Below are positions 7,201 to 11,543 of a stretch of DNA of 11,543 nt, in pieces. The stretch is from assembly GCA_046598045.1 (NCBI GenBank), contig JBKJJJ010000175.1, positions 1 through 11,543 of the forward strand, in the 5' to 3' direction. The translations under genes and the position numbers were made by a program. Origin of the DNA: Candidatus Eiseniibacteriota bacterium. GTDB taxonomy: Bacteria > Eisenbacteria > RBG-16-71-46 > DASYSL01. The notes under the pieces were generated by a model. The model searched no databases and had not been told where the DNA came from. It saw only the letters and a program-made list of their open reading frames with translations. The stretch's first letter is position 1; every line of letters starts with the position of its first letter.

Positions 7201-7231
7201 GTCGTCCCCGACCGTGCTAGCATTTGTGGCC

Positions 7232-8020
7232 ATGAATCAGGCCCCGGCCGCATCAGGCACCGGATGGCGTCCCGGCCCGCGCTGGTGGCTGATCGCCAGC
7301 ATCTCATTCGTGGGGCTCGTGTGTGCCTGTGCGCCGTTCGCGCTGGCGCTCGCAGTCGCCGTGATGATCGGCACGATGGACACGACCGGCCCTACGCCGG
7401 TGATGATTTTGCTCGTGGTCGGTACCGGTTTGGGCACTCCGGCTCTGGGCGCGGTCGTCGTCGCATCAGTGGCAGAGATGCTGTTGCGGGCGCGTGGCCG
7501 CCCGGACCGAGCACGGGCCAGCCTGAAGCGCGTGTTCCTGATCGTGGCCATCGTGCTCTCCCCGCTGGTGATCCTGCCGCTGTGGTTGACCCAGTATTCC
7601 CGTCAGTCGAAGCGCGACATGGACGCCACCCGGCGAAAGACCGAGGCGTACAACACACGGCCGATCGTGGCGTCCGACACCGCCGGATTCTGCGCGCCGC
7701 CCGTGTGGGAGATTCGCGGGGGGCACGCGAGGGTGCAACTGGCGATCCGAGTCAAACGCGAGGGGCGGTACGCAGTTCGGATCGTGGGGCAGGATACGGC
7801 CGGGAACTGTTACGCGTCGGACTCAACGCGGTCCCTCGGGCCCGGCGTCACGCAGGTCACCGCGCTCCTCATGCGTTCCTGGGGCGAGTCGCCGGGTGAC
7901 ACCGTGAACTGGCCACTCTACATCACGGCCATCGACGTCAGTCCGGACACCGGTGGAGGCACGATCCGACCCGAGGTCGATCAACGCTATGGAGACTCGT
8001 TGTACGTGCTTCGCCCTTAG
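7232..8020 (+). CDS. Hypothetical membrane protein (3-4 TM segments and a soluble beta-rich C-terminal domain), about 262 aa
   Basis: Hydrophobic segments WWLIASISFVGLVCACAPFALALAVAVMIG, VMILLVVGTGLGTPALGAVVVASV and VFLIVAIVLSPLVILPLWL. Start moved from 6794 to ATG 7232 because the upstream part is antisense to DUF3465. TGcTAGCAT lies 8 nt upstream and there is no SD. Confidence 0.7.
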   Translation: MNQAPAASGTGWRPGPRWWLIASISFVGLVCACAPFALALAVAVMIGTMDTTGPTPVMILLVVGTGLGTPALGAVVVASVAEMLLRARGRPDRARASLKRVFLIVAIVLSPLVILPLWLTQYSRQSKRDMDATRRKTEAYNTRPIVASDTAGFCAPPVWEIRGGHARVQLAIRVKREGRYAVRIVGQDTAGNCYASDSTRSLGPGVTQVTALLMRSWGESPGDTVNWPLYITAIDVSPDTGGGTIRPEVDQRYGDSLYVLRP

Positions 8021-8025
8021 TTCGG

Positions 8026-9960
<1,935 letters not shown>

Positions 9961-9971
9961 GGGACCGGCTC

Positions 9972-9980
9972 AATGTAGCA
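9972..9980 (-). promoter_or_regulatory. Putative extended -10 element for the ABC-F gene
   Basis: Minus strand TGcTACATT, 11 nt before ATG 9960; no SD in between. Confidence 0.4.
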
Positions 9981-10002
9981 GGAAACCGGGCCTTCGCGAA
10001 GC

Positions 10003-10219
10003 AACGGCCGGGTGCGGCCGTTTCGCTGGTGCGCTTGTAGAGGAGGATCTCCAGCGTCGTACCGCAACCCGGCTCAGCGTTGCGGTCGATGGTAAAGCAA
10101 TGTCGCGACCAGCCGGGGGTCGAACTGCGAAGTACCGCGTGGCGAGCGGGTTGGGGCTTTCGTCGCGCGCGATCCGTCCACACCGATCGCGGATTCCGGC
10201 GCGCGGCTCGCGGAATCCG
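10003..10219. ncRNA. Candidate structured RNA (five hairpins), family unknown
   Basis: Stems at 10003-10022 (8 bp), 10061-10086 (8 bp, extendable), 10106-10122 (5 bp), 10168-10191 (7 bp) and 10190-10219 (9 bp); the loops of stems 2 and 3 are complementary. Confidence 0.35.
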
Positions 10220-10228
10220 TCCTGATCT

Positions 10229-11437
10229 CTAGCGTCGGCAGGCCGCCCGGGCGCGGTCGAGCTCGGCCATGAGCGCCTCCGCCTCGTGCCACGGTGCCGA
10301 GAAATCGAGCAGCCGGGCCGGGTTCGCGGCGATCCGGTCGGACACGAGACCGTCCCGAACTGGAAGGCTCCGGCTCGACTTGTCGCTGATCGCATCCGCG
10401 AAGCGAACGGCATGATCGGCCCGGCCGTCATGATCGTTGTCGGTCACCAACAAGCGGTGATCGAGGCGGCCATCGCCGTCGGTATCGCCGTTCTCCAGCA
10501 CCGAGCCGTCGATCCGGCCGTCGAAGTCGTCGTCCGCCAGCACGACGGCGATCGGCAGCACCACCGAGCCCCGCGCCGGGCTGATCCCGCGGTTCATCAC
10601 CAGGAGGTCGACCCGGCCGTCCCCGTTGCGGTCGAAGGCCGCACCATAGTCCGACCCGCCCGCGTCCACGACGCTGTCGCGCGACACCAGCTCGGTCACC
10701 TGGTAGAAATCGCCCTCGAGCGCGAGCGCCTTGCCGATCCCGAGGCGGGAACGGGACGGCGGGACGTCGCCGCCACGGGTCGTCCAGCACAGGACCGTGC
10801 TGGTGTCGATGCGCGACGCGAACGCCGCCGCGCGGGCCTCGAGATAGGCGGTGGCGATGCCGCCCATAAGTCCGGCGCCGCGGGGCGCGAACGAACGCAG
10901 CACGGCGCGTGCGTCCCGGGCGCGCGGGACGGGGCGCGCTCCGGGCAGGGTCTGCTCGTCGAGCGCCAGCACGAACGCGCGGCGGCGGCGCGGGAAGTCC
11001 GGGTGCAGCGCGACCCAGCGCGAGATCACGCCGGCGCGCTGCCCGCTCTTGACCTCGACCCGGAAGCCGTACCAATGCAGCGTCCCTACGGTCAGCGAGT
11101 CGGCGCTGAACACGCCGCGCTCGATGCCCTCGACGTGGTCGGTCCCCGCGCGAACTTCGCGCTTCTCGCCCTCGATCAACTCGGCGATCGCTGCGCCCGC
11201 CGCCGTCGCGTTCACCCCGACGTAGGAGGCGCGGAGCTGCCCGGTCGTGACCTTCGGGTCGCCGGTCTTCCACGTGAGTCGGCCGGGCGGGTCCATCGCG
11301 GTGGCGCGCTTCCACGCCCCACCGGGGGCCTGGAGCGTGAACGCGTCGGTGCCCGCCTGTGCGGCCCGGGCAGGGGGCGCAGCGAAACCGAGCACCACGC
11401 CCGCGAGGACGAGGGCCCCCGCGAAGCTAAACCGCAT
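10229..11437 (-). CDS. Secreted hypothetical protein with four DxDGDG-type (probable Ca-binding) loops, 402 aa
   Basis: Signal peptide MRFSFAGALVLAGVVLGFAAPPARA; repeats DRNGDGRVD, DDDFDGRID, DTDGDGRLD and DNDHDGRAD; start overlaps the upstream gene by 11 nt. Confidence 0.8.
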   Translation of the reverse strand: MRFSFAGALVLAGVVLGFAAPPARAAQAGTDAFTLQAPGGAWKRATAMDPPGRLTWKTGDPKVTTGQLRASYVGVNATAAGAAIAELIEGEKREVRAGTDHVEGIERGVFSADSLTVGTLHWYGFRVEVKSGQRAGVISRWVALHPDFPRRRRAFVLALDEQTLPGARPVPRARDARAVLRSFAPRGAGLMGGIATAYLEARAAAFASRIDTSTVLCWTTRGGDVPPSRSRLGIGKALALEGDFYQVTELVSRDSVVDAGGSDYGAAFDRNGDGRVDLLVMNRGISPARGSVVLPIAVVLADDDFDGRIDGSVLENGDTDGDGRLDHRLLVTDNDHDGRADHAVRFADAISDKSSRSLPVRDGLVSDRIAANPARLLDFSAPWHEAEALMAELDRARAACRR

Positions 11438-11543
11438 GGGTGCCCCGCTTGAGGTACTGCCCGCGGCCGGGGCGGCCGGTGAACTTGCCGCCCTCGACCA
11501 CGACCTCGCCGCGCGCGATGACCGTCTTCGGGAGGCCGGTGAC
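11427..11543 (-). CDS. hydA: C-terminal 38 aa of a cyclic amidohydrolase, probable dihydropyrimidinase (5' part outside the window)
   Basis: Translated by hand: VTGLPKTVIARGEVVVEGGKFTGRPGRGQYLKRGTHAV*. It matches the G-x-P-x-TV-x-x-RG...F-x-G-x-x-G-x-G-x-[FY]-L-x-R tail of dihydropyrimidinases, and the nearby ureidopropionase supports the call. Confidence 0.7.
   Translation of the reverse strand, partial: VTGLPKTVIARGEVVVEGGKFTGRPGRGQYLKRGTHAV

Noticed and set aside
6794..7231. N-terminal extension of the 408-aa ORF
   Set aside because: Antisense to the well-supported DUF3465 gene; the membrane-protein-like sequence begins near ATG 7232.
10074..10140. RGTSQFDPRLVATLL in a 72-aa minus-strand ORF, resembling an HD-GYP C-terminal GTQFDP motif
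   Set aside because: The match is too short, the rest of the domain is absent, and the ORF start overlaps another gene.
10037..10220. Lysine riboswitch (AGAGG followed by kissing hairpins), 6S RNA or SRP RNA
   Set aside because: The loop-E AGUA/GAA and other lysine riboswitch core motifs are not in the right places and the plus strand leads to no downstream gene. There is no single long 6S-like rod and no SRP domain IV motif.
10286..11452. 388-aa plus-strand ORF and 295-aa minus-strand ORF (10428..11315)
   Set aside because: They overlap the 402-aa gene, which has the signal peptide, repeats and translational coupling.

Overview
GC-rich bacterial window with nine or ten protein genes; I saw no tRNA, rRNA, CRISPR array or transposase. 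Both ends carry reductive pyrimidine catabolism genes on the minus strand: the C-terminal tail of a probable dihydropyrimidinase at the right edge, and a nitrilase-family beta-ureidopropionase coupled to a class III aminotransferase (cut off by the left edge). About 9.6 kb of other genes separate them: a secreted 8-repeat beta-propeller-like protein with a T9SS-type/FlgD-Ig-like C-terminal domain, an RhlE-like DEAD-box helicase, two unknown membrane proteins, a DUF3465 lipoprotein, an ABC-F ATPase and a secreted protein with DxDGDG repeats. The most unusual signals are small or non-coding: a 46-bp near-perfect palindrome made of three parS-like 14-mers, a five-hairpin intergenic region with complementary loops upstream of the ABC-F gene, a 19-bp hairpin covering a ribosome-binding site just after the helicase, an unannotated small hydrophobic ORF, and a composition step inside the propeller gene. 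All assignments come from reading motifs by eye; no searches were run.
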